Assembly (NCBI GenBank): GCA_963666835.2
Contig: CAXXGO010000001.1
Coordinates: 288,001 to 352,000, forward strand
Source: Phycisphaerae bacterium
Lineage (GTDB): Bacteria; Planctomycetota; Phycisphaerae; UBA1845
Direction: 5' to 3'
Length of the DNA: 64,000 nucleotides
Part shown: positions 18,541 through 29,215 of the stretch, one piece after another
Position numbering within the stretch: position 1 is the stretch's first letter
Layout of the letters: every line of letters begins with the position of its first letter
Made by a program: the position numbers and the translations under genes
The notes under the pieces: generated by a model
Database searches by the model: none
What the model was told of the DNA's origin: nothing
What the model saw: only the letters and a program-made list of their open reading frames with translations

Positions 18541-20043
18541 GTGTCAGATGCCTACACCAAGTTGATGGAGAGAGTCCGGGACCTCGGGCGTTTCAGATCG
18601 ATCGAGTTCCTACTCGAGTGGGACCAAGAGACCTACATGCCGGCTAACGGGATGACGACTCGCGCCGAGGCCGCAGCTCTCGTTAGTGGTCTGGCTCACG
18701 AGCGGCTGGTCGCCGATGAGACCCGCGACCTGTTGGCGAAGGCGGAGGACACCGCGGACCGTGGGGACTTCGTCATCGATACCAACCTCCGGGAGACGCG
18801 GCGTACGTTCGACCGGGCTGCGAAACTCCCCACGGACCTGGTTAAGGAGATAGCCCACACCAGCGCTCTGGCCAAGACCGCCTGGGCGAAGGCTCGAGCG
18901 CAATCCGACTTTCCGGAGTTTGCCCCGCTTCTGGAGAAGCTCATTCAGCTCAAGAAGCGGGTTGCCGAGCACATCGGCTACGACACCGAGCCGCTGGATG
19001 TCTTGATTGACGAATCCGACCCGGGGGAGAAGGCCGCCGAGATCGAGACGCTGTTCGCCCGGCTTCGGGAGGCCATCGTTCCGCTGTTAAGGAAAGTCAT
19101 GGAGTCCCCACATCAACCGGACGGTTCGATCCTGACCCGCCGGTTCCCGTTGGACCAGCAGAAACAGCTCTCCCGGCAGGTGGCCGAGGCACTTCACTTC
19201 GATTTCGAGTCCGGGCGGTCCGATGTTTCGGTCCACCCGTTCACCACTACGATCGGCGACAGCGGGGACGTTCGGATCACTACAAGATACTCGGAGAACA
19301 ACATCGCCGAGGCCTTGTTCGGCACGATCCACGAGGTCGGGCACGGGCTCTACGAACAAGGGCTGCCTCGGGAGCACCGGCTCACCCCCTCGGCGGAGTA
19401 CATCTCCCTGGGGATGCATGAGTCGCAATCTCGTCTCTGGGAGAACCAAATCGGGCACAGCCGCCCGTTTTGGGACTACTATTGGGATCCGGTCCGCCGG
19501 TTGTTCCCCGAGGCGCTTTCCGATGTGTCGCAGGATGAGTTCTATGCCGCGATCAACCGGGTAACTCCTTCACTCAACCGCGTAAGTGCCGACGAGCTGA
19601 CATACAACCTGCACATCATCCTGCGGTTCGAGATCGAAAGGGCGCTGTTCACCGACAAACTGAGCGTGAATGACCTCCCCGACGTGTGGAACGAGAAGAT
19701 GAAGCAGCTTCTCGGCGTGACCCCGCCGAACGACCGCGAAGGATGCCTGCAGGACATCCACTGGTCGATGGGCATCTTCGGGTACTTCCAATCATACGCG
19801 TTGGGGAACTTGTACGCCGCGCAGTTGCTGGAACAGGTGCGCAAAGACCTTCCCGACCTCGACGCCCGCATTGCCGCCAACGATCACCGGCCGCTCCTGG
19901 ATTGGCTGCGGAAGCACATCCACCGCCACGGCCGGCGCTATCGCGCAAACGAGCTGATCGAGCGCATCACCGGTAAGCCCGTGACAATCGAACCGTTCAT
20001 GGAATACGTAACCGCGAAGTTCTCACAGATCTACCGGCTGTAG
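18541..20043 (+). CDS. Carboxypeptidase M32 (Taq-like)
   Basis: LEWDQET, HPF, HEVGH (HExxH), HESQS, GCLQDIHW, GYFQSY. Confidence 0.95.
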   Translation: MSDAYTKLMERVRDLGRFRSIEFLLEWDQETYMPANGMTTRAEAAALVSGLAHERLVADETRDLLAKAEDTADRGDFVIDTNLRETRRTFDRAAKLPTDLVKEIAHTSALAKTAWAKARAQSDFPEFAPLLEKLIQLKKRVAEHIGYDTEPLDVLIDESDPGEKAAEIETLFARLREAIVPLLRKVMESPHQPDGSILTRRFPLDQQKQLSRQVAEALHFDFESGRSDVSVHPFTTTIGDSGDVRITTRYSENNIAEALFGTIHEVGHGLYEQGLPREHRLTPSAEYISLGMHESQSRLWENQIGHSRPFWDYYWDPVRRLFPEALSDVSQDEFYAAINRVTPSLNRVSADELTYNLHIILRFEIERALFTDKLSVNDLPDVWNEKMKQLLGVTPPNDREGCLQDIHWSMGIFGYFQSYALGNLYAAQLLEQVRKDLPDLDARIAANDHRPLLDWLRKHIHRHGRRYRANELIERITGKPVTIEPFMEYVTAKFSQIYRL

Positions 20044-20059
20044 GGAGAGTGCCCCGACT

Positions 20060-20410
20060 GGGTGGGGGACGGATTGGGATCGTAAGGAGACTCGCATTCC
20101 CAAGACCAAGTAGGGCACGGTCGAGGCACGAGACCTGCCACGAAGGCGCGCGTCGCCCAGCAGTTACGGCAGGTCTCGTGCCTCGACGCTGCCCCACAGG
20201 ATGCTCAGGCGGGCTCCGCAAGCCGAACGCTGTTGTGCAACCCACTTCGGGGTTGGTGCGGAAAGGGGCTTTGTGACCCAGGGTGGCACTAAAGCGGCTA
20301 CGCCGCTTCGTTTACCCTGGGCTTTGTTGTTCAACGCCTTCGGCGTAAGTTCGAAAGGCGCACATCGTGCGAAGACCACGGCAGGTCTCGTGCCTCGACC
20401 GTGCCCAACA
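20060..20410 (+). repeat. ~350-bp composite REP module, left direct repeat
   Basis: Near-identical to 23237-23586; three 30-mers plus a CCCAGGGT hairpin. Confidence 0.92.
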
Positions 20411-20764
20411 ACCGCCGATGCTGCCCCGTGTCCTTGTACGAGGCGGAAGTTACGTCGGAACCCTGGATTTGTGCCCCTGACGGCAAAATCCCGGGGGCGT
20501 GGGTGTATGTCTCGACCAGATTCCCCAATATAGGACGAAAAATCCTTGCATTGGGGTATTTACCCGTGTTAAATTGAAGCTTGCTGTGGTTGCTTGGGGC
20601 TTTGTTGCCCGCGGAACATTGCAGCTTGGCCGCGGGTGAGCTTGAGCCTCGGTGGCTGCAGAAAGCTACGGCACAGTCCCGCGCGATCGCCGCCGGGGGA
20701 TCCGGGCAAATTGGTCGGCCAAGCAGGTCGCGCCGCGCCGGCGCAGAAACGAAGGAGGGCAGTC

Positions 20765-21832
20765 ATGCGAATCTCAACGTCTGCAGAACGTGGGTTGGTC
20801 GTACTGGCCATGGTGGTTTGTTTGGTTGCTAGCGCTTCTGACGCGGAGGCGTGGGAACTGCGCTGGCAACCGGTCAGCGCATCGGGCTTCCACACGATGG
20901 TCGATCATTCCGGCGATCTGGGGACGCCATCAGTAATCGGATTGCCTGAAGGCGGGGTGACGGTGGAGTTGGAGCTACGCGTAAGGTGGGATGATGAACC
21001 GGGAGCTCCCACACTCGTTGACTACCAGGGTACCATAGACTCGACGAGCTACTCGACCGGTGCTGGCGATCCGGTTGTCCCGCTCGGCTGGCCTGGCAGC
21101 CCCGAGGACGGCTGCTACATCGACACGGACCGCCCGGACTTTGTGTATTTCGGCGAGGCGCCGTTGACGACCGTGGACACCAGCACCCTGGACTATATAT
21201 GGGGCTCTTCGTGCATGGGGTCGCCGCCCGAAGACGACGGAACTGACCGTTACGCCGGAACCCTCATCGTCGAGATCCCCGCCGGTGCGGCGGGTGACTA
21301 TGAGATTGCTCTCGTGCACGACTATGCAAGGACTTTCGCGAATACGGGTGGCGAACTCTTGCCGGCGTGGATTACGTCGGCCGTCATCTCCATCGGCGAC
21401 TGTCAAGCCAACGGCATTGCCGACGTGGACGACATTGCCGGCGGGACGAGCGTGGACTGTAACGGCGATTCGATCCCCGATGAGTGCCAGCCGGAGCTTG
21501 ATGGTGACGGCGACGGCGTGCTGGATGCGTGCGACCCCTGCCCACTGGATAACCCCGACGACACGGACGGTGACGGGGCGTGCGATTCCGACGACGTCTG
21601 CCCCGGCTTGGACGATTTCGCCGATGCGGACGGCGACACCGTGCCCGATTGTCTCGACCAATGTCCGGGGGACGACGACAGTATCGATTTCGACAATGAC
21701 GGTACCCCCGATTGCCTCCAGGCCATCCCGACGACTTCGCAATGGGGCCTGGTGGTTCTGGCTCTGCTGCTCCTGGCGGCCGGGAAGGTCTGCTTCGGGA
21801 CCCGCCGCCAACGCGCGGTCGACGCTGGTTAG
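20765..21832 (+). CDS. Secreted IPTL-CTERM protein with TSP3-like Ca-binding repeats
   Basis: Signal peptide, DxDGDG..D.CD.CP repeats, C-terminal IPTTSQWGL-TM-RRQR; RBS AAGGAGG. Confidence 0.88.
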   Translation: MRISTSAERGLVVLAMVVCLVASASDAEAWELRWQPVSASGFHTMVDHSGDLGTPSVIGLPEGGVTVELELRVRWDDEPGAPTLVDYQGTIDSTSYSTGAGDPVVPLGWPGSPEDGCYIDTDRPDFVYFGEAPLTTVDTSTLDYIWGSSCMGSPPEDDGTDRYAGTLIVEIPAGAAGDYEIALVHDYARTFANTGGELLPAWITSAVISIGDCQANGIADVDDIAGGTSVDCNGDSIPDECQPELDGDGDGVLDACDPCPLDNPDDTDGDGACDSDDVCPGLDDFADADGDTVPDCLDQCPGDDDSIDFDNDGTPDCLQAIPTTSQWGLVVLALLLLAAGKVCFGTRRQRAVDAG

Positions 21833-22005
21833 GCAACATAGGGTGAGCCCCGGCTACTTGGCTTGGGTCTTCGGATGTGCCACTGCTCTTCAGCAGGGCA
21901 GGAACGGAACACGGGGTGGATTGGACCCGAGTCTTCAAGCAGGGTCACGCACTGGTCCGCCACGCAGGTCGCGACAAGCGGGCGAAGAAACGAAGGAGGG
22001 CAGTC

Positions 22006-23085
22006 ATGCGAATCTCAACTTCTGCAGAATGTGGGTTGGTCGTACTGGCCGCGGTAGTCGGTCTGGTTGCGATTGCGCCTGAAGCGAACGCGTGCGAACT
22101 CCGCTGGCAGCCGGTGGGCGCTTCGGGTTTCCATACGATTGTTGACAATACCGGCGATCCCGGCACGCCGTCGGTGATCGGCCTGCCTGAAGGCGGGGTA
22201 ACGGTGGAGCTCGAGTTACAGGTGAGCGGCTGGCGCTACTATCCCGGAACACCGCCACTCGGTGCCTATCAGGGTACCGTTGACTCGACAAGCTACTCGA
22301 CCGGTGCCGGAGATCCTCTTGTCCCGCTTGGCTGGCCCGGTAGCCCCGAGGATGGCTGCTACATCGACGTCGACCGGCCGGACTTCGTGTTTTTCGATCT
22401 GACGCCGGTGGCCGCCGTTGACGTGACCACCCTCAACTACGAATTGGGCTCCACGTCCCTCGGCGGGTTTCCCGCGGATGACGGAACCAGAACCTACGGT
22501 GGGACGGTCATCCTCGAGGTCCCCGCTGGCGCGGCCGGTGACTACACGGTTACCCTGCTGGCAGATTGGAACAAGACGTTCATGTTTTTCCCGTTGGAAG
22601 ACCCGCCCGGGCCCTTCTGGTTGCGAACAGCGGCCATCATCTCCGTCGGGGACTGCCAGGCTAACGGCATTGCCGACGTCGATGACATTGCCGGCGGGAC
22701 GAGCGTGGACTGCAACGGCGATTTGATTCCCGACGAATGCCAGCCGGAGCTTGATTACGACGGCGATGGGGTGCTGGATCCGTGCGACCCTTGCCCGTTG
22801 GATAATCCCGACGATACGGACGGGGACGGAGCGTGTGATTCCGACGACGTCTGCCCGGGCCTGGACGATTTTGCCGACGCGGACGGTGACACCGTGCCCG
22901 ATTGCCTCGATCAGTGTCCCGGGGACGACGATAGCGTCGACGCTAATCATGACGGCATCCCCGATTGTCTCCAGAGCATTCCGACGACTTCGCAATGGGG
23001 CTTGATCGTTCTCGCTCTGCTGCTCCTGGCGGCCGGAAAGGTCTACTTCGGAACCCGCCCCCAACGCGCGGCCGACGCCGGCTGA
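22006..23085 (+). CDS. Secreted IPTL-CTERM protein, tandem paralogue
   Basis: Same architecture and RBS context as 20765..21832. Confidence 0.88.
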   Translation: MRISTSAECGLVVLAAVVGLVAIAPEANACELRWQPVGASGFHTIVDNTGDPGTPSVIGLPEGGVTVELELQVSGWRYYPGTPPLGAYQGTVDSTSYSTGAGDPLVPLGWPGSPEDGCYIDVDRPDFVFFDLTPVAAVDVTTLNYELGSTSLGGFPADDGTRTYGGTVILEVPAGAAGDYTVTLLADWNKTFMFFPLEDPPGPFWLRTAAIISVGDCQANGIADVDDIAGGTSVDCNGDLIPDECQPELDYDGDGVLDPCDPCPLDNPDDTDGDGACDSDDVCPGLDDFADADGDTVPDCLDQCPGDDDSVDANHDGIPDCLQSIPTTSQWGLIVLALLLLAAGKVYFGTRPQRAADAG

Positions 23086-23133
23086 CCGACATGGGCCAAC
23101 AGGTTGCCCCATGACATGATGTTAGCATCATTT

Positions 23134-24020
23134 GTAGGGCATGGTCGAGGTACGAGACCTGCCGCGGAGGCGCGCGGGTGCCATCCATCCCGACGTTTGC
23201 CAGGCTGGAGCAGCCACACCGCCTCACCGCCGGGACGGGTGGGCGACGGATTGGGATCGTAAGGAGACTCGCATTCCCAAGACCAAGTAGGGCATGGTCG
23301 AGGTACGAGACCTGCCACGAAGGCGCGCGTCGCCCAGCAGTTACGGTAGGTCTCGTCCCTCGACGCTGCCCTACAGGATGCTCAGGCGGGCTCCGCAAGC
23401 CGAACGCTGTTGTGCAACCCACTTCGGGGTTGGTGCGGAAGGGGGCTTGTGACCCAGGGTGGCACTAAAGCGGCTACGCCGCTTCGTTTACCCTGGGCTT
23501 TGTTGTTCAACGCCTTCGGCGTAAGTTCGAAAGGCGCACATCGTGCGAAGACCACGGCAGGTCTCGTGCCTCGACCATGCCCTACACCTGCCTATGCAGC
23601 CCTACCCATACCGGCGGCGTTATCTGTCATACTGACGGGTGCCGTGGTCCACGCTTGCGTGGCCATGAAGGTTCTTTGGGTAGGCCGAGTGCGAGGGTGT
23701 CAACGTCGTCGCGCGGCCGCGCGACAAACCGTCCCGAAGGGCCGGAGGACGATTAGCGGAATCGCGCGAAAACCGAGTGCAGGCAGGATGCCTACGCTAC
23801 CCGAAGACCACGGCAGGTCTCGTGCCTCGACCATGCCCTACACCCGCTACGCTACGCGAAAACCAACGGCAGGTCTCGTCCCTCGACCATGACCTACACC
23901 CGCCGACGCTTCTCTGCGAGGGCGTTTGCGTAATCAGAAGACGCGCGTCGCGCAGCAGTTACGGCAGGTCTCGCGCCTCGACGCTGCCCTACACCCGCCT
24001 GTGCAGCCCTACCCATACCG
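23134..24020. repeat. REP cluster including the right direct repeat (23237-23586)
   Basis: 30-mers at 23134, 23287, 23345, 23556, 23812, 23868, 23963. Confidence 0.9.
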
Positions 24021-24055
24021 GCGGCGTTCGGTTACTATCGATGAGCGCCGATCCC

Positions 24056-24925
24056 TTACCAGATTCTGATTGTCCCGTTGTGGGTCTCGACCGTCAGGAG
24101 CCCGGTTCCGGCACCGAGGGTACCGACCAGCATCCGGCGTGACGCCGACTTGTCGGTCAGCGGCAGTTGGCACGTAATTCGGCCGTTCGCGGTATTCGCG
24201 CGCAGCCGGGTCGACGCGTCGTCGCCGACAATAAGGTGAACCGCTCCATTGCGGGTGTCGATCGCCCCGTGCGGTGCCAGACAGTCACGGAGATCGGCCT
24301 GCACCGACCCGTTGTGTGTCACTAACTTGACATCTTGACCACTGAAAGTCGCCTCGATTTCGCCGTTGTGAGTCTCGGCGTGCAGGCGATCGCCTTTGGT
24401 CTCCAGGATGAGGCGCCCGTTGTGGCTAGTCGCCGTAACGGCGGCCGCCATCCCCCTCGCGTCGATATACCCGTTGTGCGTAGTGAGATCCAACCGAACA
24501 TCCTCTGCCACCGTAATCTCGAAACTGACCTTCGCGCTCCAAGTACGCGCTCTGGGACGCGCCCACCGCCAGCCGACCCGGTAGCTTCCTCCTTTGGCCG
24601 GCTCGACGAACGTCTCTATTGCGGCCATGGCCGCTTCGGCGTCCTGGTGGGTGCATCCCCCCGCCTTCTTGATCACCCTGACCGTTCCCACCTCCCCGAC
24701 CGGCGCGCCGGTACATGTTATGGAACCGTTGTGGGTACGCACTTCAAGGGCGGTGACCTCCCCGAGTTCAACTGCTTCCCGAGCCTCATCGGTTACCGTT
24801 CGCGCAACGTCCAGCGATCTGGTTTCGGTCTGCACGACCCACGCGGACGGCCCGCCCCTGCACCCGGCCAGGGCTAGCCCCATCAACAAGATCGCGATCC
24901 CGACGAATCTGAAACAAGTTGTCAT
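24056..24925 (-). CDS. DUF4097-like beta-repeat lipoprotein
   Basis: Lipobox LAGC; repeated THNG/TRNG/TANG motifs; RBS AAGGAG. Confidence 0.82.
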   Translation of the reverse strand: MTTCFRFVGIAILLMGLALAGCRGGPSAWVVQTETRSLDVARTVTDEAREAVELGEVTALEVRTHNGSITCTGAPVGEVGTVRVIKKAGGCTHQDAEAAMAAIETFVEPAKGGSYRVGWRWARPRARTWSAKVSFEITVAEDVRLDLTTHNGYIDARGMAAAVTATSHNGRLILETKGDRLHAETHNGEIEATFSGQDVKLVTHNGSVQADLRDCLAPHGAIDTRNGAVHLIVGDDASTRLRANTANGRITCQLPLTDKSASRRMLVGTLGAGTGLLTVETHNGTIRIW

Positions 24926-25209
24926 TTTCCACTCCTTGACATCGTAACGGGCACCTACGGTCGCCCCCCGCGTCCCATATATCCCGAATTCGATCGAAAG
25001 AGGCAAGTATTTCGGCTTGGTCGAAAAGTGCCGGTTCACCTCCACAATTGCCGTCGGCGAAAGCTGCGCCTTACTCGGCATTTATTGCCTGTCCACGGAC
25101 GTAGCTGACGGTCGATAGCACAAGGTCTTGTGGTCCACTCACCTCGCGGGGCTATATGTGCCGCCTCGGGGCGCGGGCGGCTCCGACGAAGAAACGTCCG
25201 AGAAATCAC

Positions 25210-25252
25210 TTGACGTTGGGGGTTTGTTAGGTCATAATAAATACCGAACAAA
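25210..25252 (+). promoter_or_regulatory. Sigma70 promoter with inverted repeat (candidate LexA operator)
   Basis: TTGACG-N17-CATAAT; TTTGTTAGGT-N10-ACCGAACAAA brackets the -10. Confidence 0.6.
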
Positions 25253-25645
25253 GGATGCACGGGCGACCAAGGATGGTAGTGCTTCGGCTTATGACCAGAG
25301 AGAACACTCAACCTTCCGGCCGCAGTCGCGACTTGCGGCAGGCCGACGCGGATTTGCCTCTCTGCGTGTTTGGCCCGGGGGGTGATTACCGCACGGCCTG
25401 GATCCCGGAGACGTCCAAGGCCGACGGGTGTAATCGTCTGGTATTGCGGTCGGCGCCGATTCTGTCGCGGCCTGCTGCAGCGCCGCCGGCAATCGTGGCG
25501 TGGTGGGCCCGATTGGGCGACACTTTGTCGGCGGCGCGAAGTGAGGCGAGGCGACTGTTGTCTTTGCGTTCTCGCTTGCAGCGCGGTCTTCTACCATTGG
25601 TGGTAACTGGGCCCGGTGGCTTGCACCCCCATGCGGAGACGGACG

Positions 25646-26281
25646 ATGGCTCGAAAGAAACGAACCGAGACGGACGAAGCCCACTGCCTTACCCCAAGGC
25701 GGATCGAGATCCTGACGTACATCCGGGACTACCGCCACAGCGAGGGCTGTTCCCCGACATTGCAGGAGATCGCCGATCATCTCGGAATCGGAAAAATCAC
25801 CGTATTCGGGCATGTCGAGGCCTTGCAGGAAAAAAAGCTGCTCACCAGGCGGTCGAACAAGGCACGCTCTTTGGAGCTGACGTCCTCGGTCCGATTGCCG
25901 GATGACCGTCCGACGATTCTGCCGCTGGTCGGGCGAATTGCGGCCGGGGCTCCCATCGAAGCAATCGAAATGCCGGATACCGTCGACCTCGAGCAGGTGT
26001 TCAGCAGCCGGTACCCGGTCCGCGCTCTCACCGTTACCGGCGACAGCATGATCGACGAGCACATCAGCGACGGCGACTTGGTCGTTTACGAAGAGCGGTC
26101 CAATGCGCGCAACGGTGATACGGTGGTCGCCCTGGTCGACGGCGAGGAAGCCACTTTGAAGAAGTTCTATAAAGAGAAGAAGCGTATCCGCCTGCAGCCC
26201 GCCAACGCCGCATACAAACCGATCTACAGCCGCGACGTTCAGATTCAGGGGGTCGTCATCGGCGTGATTCGGCGCTATTAG
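25646..26281 (+). CDS. lexA: SOS repressor LexA
   Basis: LTPRR..IL, SPTLQEIA, GRIAAGAP cleavage site, GDSM (Ser), ATLKK (Lys). Confidence 0.95.
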   Translation: MARKKRTETDEAHCLTPRRIEILTYIRDYRHSEGCSPTLQEIADHLGIGKITVFGHVEALQEKKLLTRRSNKARSLELTSSVRLPDDRPTILPLVGRIAAGAPIEAIEMPDTVDLEQVFSSRYPVRALTVTGDSMIDEHISDGDLVVYEERSNARNGDTVVALVDGEEATLKKFYKEKKRIRLQPANAAYKPIYSRDVQIQGVVIGVIRRY

Positions 26282-26449
26282 CCGGCTTTCGCGTGGGACT
26301 TGTTTCTCGCCGACGGCCGGTCCCTCTTCGACCCACCAGGAAGGTCCGAGAACGCATCCTCGCACGGCGTTTTCGCCGGGTGCTTGCCGGGACCGTCTGC
26401 CCGCACTAGCTTGGGCGGCTCTTACTCTTCTTACTGAGAGGTTGCGCCG

Positions 26450-27853
26450 TTGGATCTGCTGGGTGTGAGAAACGTGCCCTTCATGGCTCGTCGGAACTAC
26501 TACTGCGAGTTCCGGCAATTGATCCCATGGAGCGTTCTGGCCGGCCTGGTGGAGGGGCAGTTCGCCAGTGTGGTGGTCTCGAAGACCTTCAACGGCAGCG
26601 CGCTGCTGATTGCAGTCGCAAGTGCCACACCAATGGCAGCTTTCTTGTTCAGTCTGGTGTGGGGGATGTTGTGCGTGGGGCGTCCCAAGATCCGGTTGGC
26701 GATGATCTTCGGGGCTGGGGCGGCCCTTTGCGCGGGGACCACCGCCGCCATTCCCGCCATGCCGTACGGAGCAATCTGGTTCATCGCCCAGATGGCCGCC
26801 GCCCAGATTCTGCTGGCCGGGGTAGTCACCGTGCGCTCGGCGTTCTGGAAATCCAACTTCCCGCATTCGGCAAGGGGGCAGATCACGGCCCGTCTTCAGG
26901 TAGTGCGGTTCATCGTCAGCATTCTCGTTGTTCTGGTCGCGGCCGTCTTGTGCGACCGGGATCCGGCCTCGTACCGCTATCTGTTCCCCGGCGCTGCGTT
27001 GTGCGGCTTGTGGGGGGTGGGGATGCTCCGCCGAATCCACATTCGCGGCGAGCGTAGCGAGCTGCGGGGGCACATCCGGCGAAGCGGCGATGGGAGTTTC
27101 CAAAGGGAGATCGTCGAGCCGTTCAATATAACCACGCTGCTGTCGCCCGGGCACGTGCTCGGGCAGATGTATCGTGTATTGCGCCAGGATCGGCGTTTTC
27201 GGAACTACTGCGCCGCGCAGTTGTTGATCGGTATCGCCAACCTGATGACGATTTCGATCATCGTTCTGGTCGTCTCGCGAGATCTGCAGTTGGGATACCA
27301 CTCCGAATTCTGGGTCACCCTGGTGCTGATCCAAGCTCTGCCGCGGCTGACGATGCTAGGTGGGCTACACCGCTGGGGGGTGCTCTTCGATCGCTTGGGT
27401 GTCGTTCGTTTCCGCGTGGTTAATGTCTGCTGTTGGATTATGTCCCTGCTGTTCGGTATGGTCGCCACGTTGATAACCGTTGCCAGCGATGAGTTTGGCG
27501 ATACGCAGTTTCTTCTGGCGGTGTTCTTCTTCACCATGCGGGCGCTCGTCCAGGGGCTGGCCTTCAGCGGTGGAGCCCTGGCGTGGAACCTCGGCCATCT
27601 CCATTTTGCCCGCGCCCAGGAAGCCGAAATCTACATGGGGATCCACGTATCTCTCACGGGCATGCGCGGACTGATCGCCCCGCTGGCAGGCATGTGGCTC
27701 TGGCAGACGTTCCAGGCAATCGGCTGGCCGGTGTGGTTGGTGTGGGCTCTGGCAATCAGCCTGTCCTTGGCCAGTTTGGCAATCTTCGCATCGATGGCCC
27801 GCCAGGAGAGACGTTTCGGCAGCCCCCGGCAGTCCGACGGCGTCGCAGACTAA
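26450..27853 (+). CDS. MFS-like membrane transporter
   Basis: About 12 TM helices, ARGQITARL, DRRFRNY, YMGIHVSLTGMRG. Confidence 0.8.
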   Translation: MDLLGVRNVPFMARRNYYCEFRQLIPWSVLAGLVEGQFASVVVSKTFNGSALLIAVASATPMAAFLFSLVWGMLCVGRPKIRLAMIFGAGAALCAGTTAAIPAMPYGAIWFIAQMAAAQILLAGVVTVRSAFWKSNFPHSARGQITARLQVVRFIVSILVVLVAAVLCDRDPASYRYLFPGAALCGLWGVGMLRRIHIRGERSELRGHIRRSGDGSFQREIVEPFNITTLLSPGHVLGQMYRVLRQDRRFRNYCAAQLLIGIANLMTISIIVLVVSRDLQLGYHSEFWVTLVLIQALPRLTMLGGLHRWGVLFDRLGVVRFRVVNVCCWIMSLLFGMVATLITVASDEFGDTQFLLAVFFFTMRALVQGLAFSGGALAWNLGHLHFARAQEAEIYMGIHVSLTGMRGLIAPLAGMWLWQTFQAIGWPVWLVWALAISLSLASLAIFASMARQERRFGSPRQSDGVAD

Positions 27854-27894
27854 TCTGCGATGCTCCAGCGATTTCCACTGTGATTGCGCGCGGT

Positions 27895-29136
27895 TCAAGC
27901 GGGCTTACGGCCGGCAACTTGGCCTTGCCGGACCCCGGAAGCATACACGGCAATCGGCGGATCATCCGCGTCGAAAACATGACCCCAATCGGCCTTACGC
28001 TTCCACGAAGAAACGGGCAATACCGCCAAGTCCGCGACCTTGCCAACGGTTATCGAACCGGCCGTCTCGGCGAAACCCAAAGCCCGCGCCCCACACAACG
28101 TACCCAGAGTAATAAGGTCTTCGGGCGAAAGATCCGGATATGCGCGGTGCAGAGAACGCAGCTCGTCCAGAATCGACAAGCTCGGGTTGGAGGCCAGGCT
28201 GTCCGTCCCGATACACACGTTCACCCCACGGCGCATCATCTCGCGAAAGCGGTGTGGATCGTGCATAAAAGCATCATGGGTGCGCGGGCAATAGGCAACA
28301 CTCGCGCCCCGAGCGGCAATAAGTTCGATATCCGCGTCTGTCACATAGTTGGCATGCGCGATCACCGTCGCCGGGCCCAGGACGCCGGTCCGATCGGCGA
28401 GTTCGACCGGACCACAGCCGGATTGTGGAATCTGCTCGTCCCAGACGCCCAGCTCGCGCAGGTGATCCGCCAGCGGCCCGGTGGCGTATTGTGTAAACTC
28501 CGCCTCGTCGGCGCTTTCCGCTAGATGGATTGCCAAGGGCAACGCGCCCTCTGCTGCCCGCCGGGCACAGGCTCGCAACGCATCCGGCTCCACCGTGTAC
28601 GGGGCATGGGGTGATATGCCGATCCGGACCCGCGAGTTTGGACGCAACGCGCGGCACACGGCATCCAGCCGCGTGGCCAGCAGATCACGGCGGTTGCCGA
28701 TAGCCGCCACTTCTCCGAAAGACACACCGCGCAGCATGGAAGTGCCCAGGATCTCGCGCGTCCAATCCGGATGCCGCGTGATGTCACCGACAAGGGTCAC
28801 CCCGGCCGACACCGACTGGTCGATCCCCGCCGCTACCGCCGCCTGCACCTGTCCTCGAAGCGGCTCCTCTCTGATGGAGCGCTCTGCGACCTGCCGCAGC
28901 CATGCCACGAAACCGTCACCGGGGGGCACTTGCCCGGCCGGCCCGCTTAGCTCCAGGTGAGTGTGGGCGTTAACCAACCCCGGGCAGATCACCGCGTCAC
29001 CGAAATTCACCACCGCATCGCTCGCCAGATCGCGGGCGCGCCCCACTTGGGCAATCCGTCCATCACGGATTACGACCGCGCCGCCTTCAATCACCGGGGC
29101 GTCAACCGGCACCAGGAACCTGCTCTTGAGCATCAT
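27895..29136 (-). CDS. Amidohydrolase family (nucleoside deaminase-like)
   Basis: PGLVNAHTHLE, SPHAPY, IHLAES, GTDSLAS; start uncertain (could be 29193). Confidence 0.88.
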   Translation of the reverse strand: MMLKSRFLVPVDAPVIEGGAVVIRDGRIAQVGRARDLASDAVVNFGDAVICPGLVNAHTHLELSGPAGQVPPGDGFVAWLRQVAERSIREEPLRGQVQAAVAAGIDQSVSAGVTLVGDITRHPDWTREILGTSMLRGVSFGEVAAIGNRRDLLATRLDAVCRALRPNSRVRIGISPHAPYTVEPDALRACARRAAEGALPLAIHLAESADEAEFTQYATGPLADHLRELGVWDEQIPQSGCGPVELADRTGVLGPATVIAHANYVTDADIELIAARGASVAYCPRTHDAFMHDPHRFREMMRRGVNVCIGTDSLASNPSLSILDELRSLHRAYPDLSPEDLITLGTLCGARALGFAETAGSITVGKVADLAVLPVSSWKRKADWGHVFDADDPPIAVYASGVRQGQVAGRKPA

Positions 29137-29215
29137 GGGCTTCGCCCGAACTCCCGCAAACGCAACGCGCTTCTTTCTAAATGACACATACACGACACTT
29201 CACCGGCATAACGCG

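Noticed and set aside
20765..23085. Diversity-generating retroelement TR/VR pair
   Set aside because: Differences are mostly synonymous and not adenine-specific; no reverse transcriptase in the window
25289..27334. 681-aa minus-strand ORF
   Set aside because: Antisense shadow of lexA and the MFS gene in GC-rich DNA
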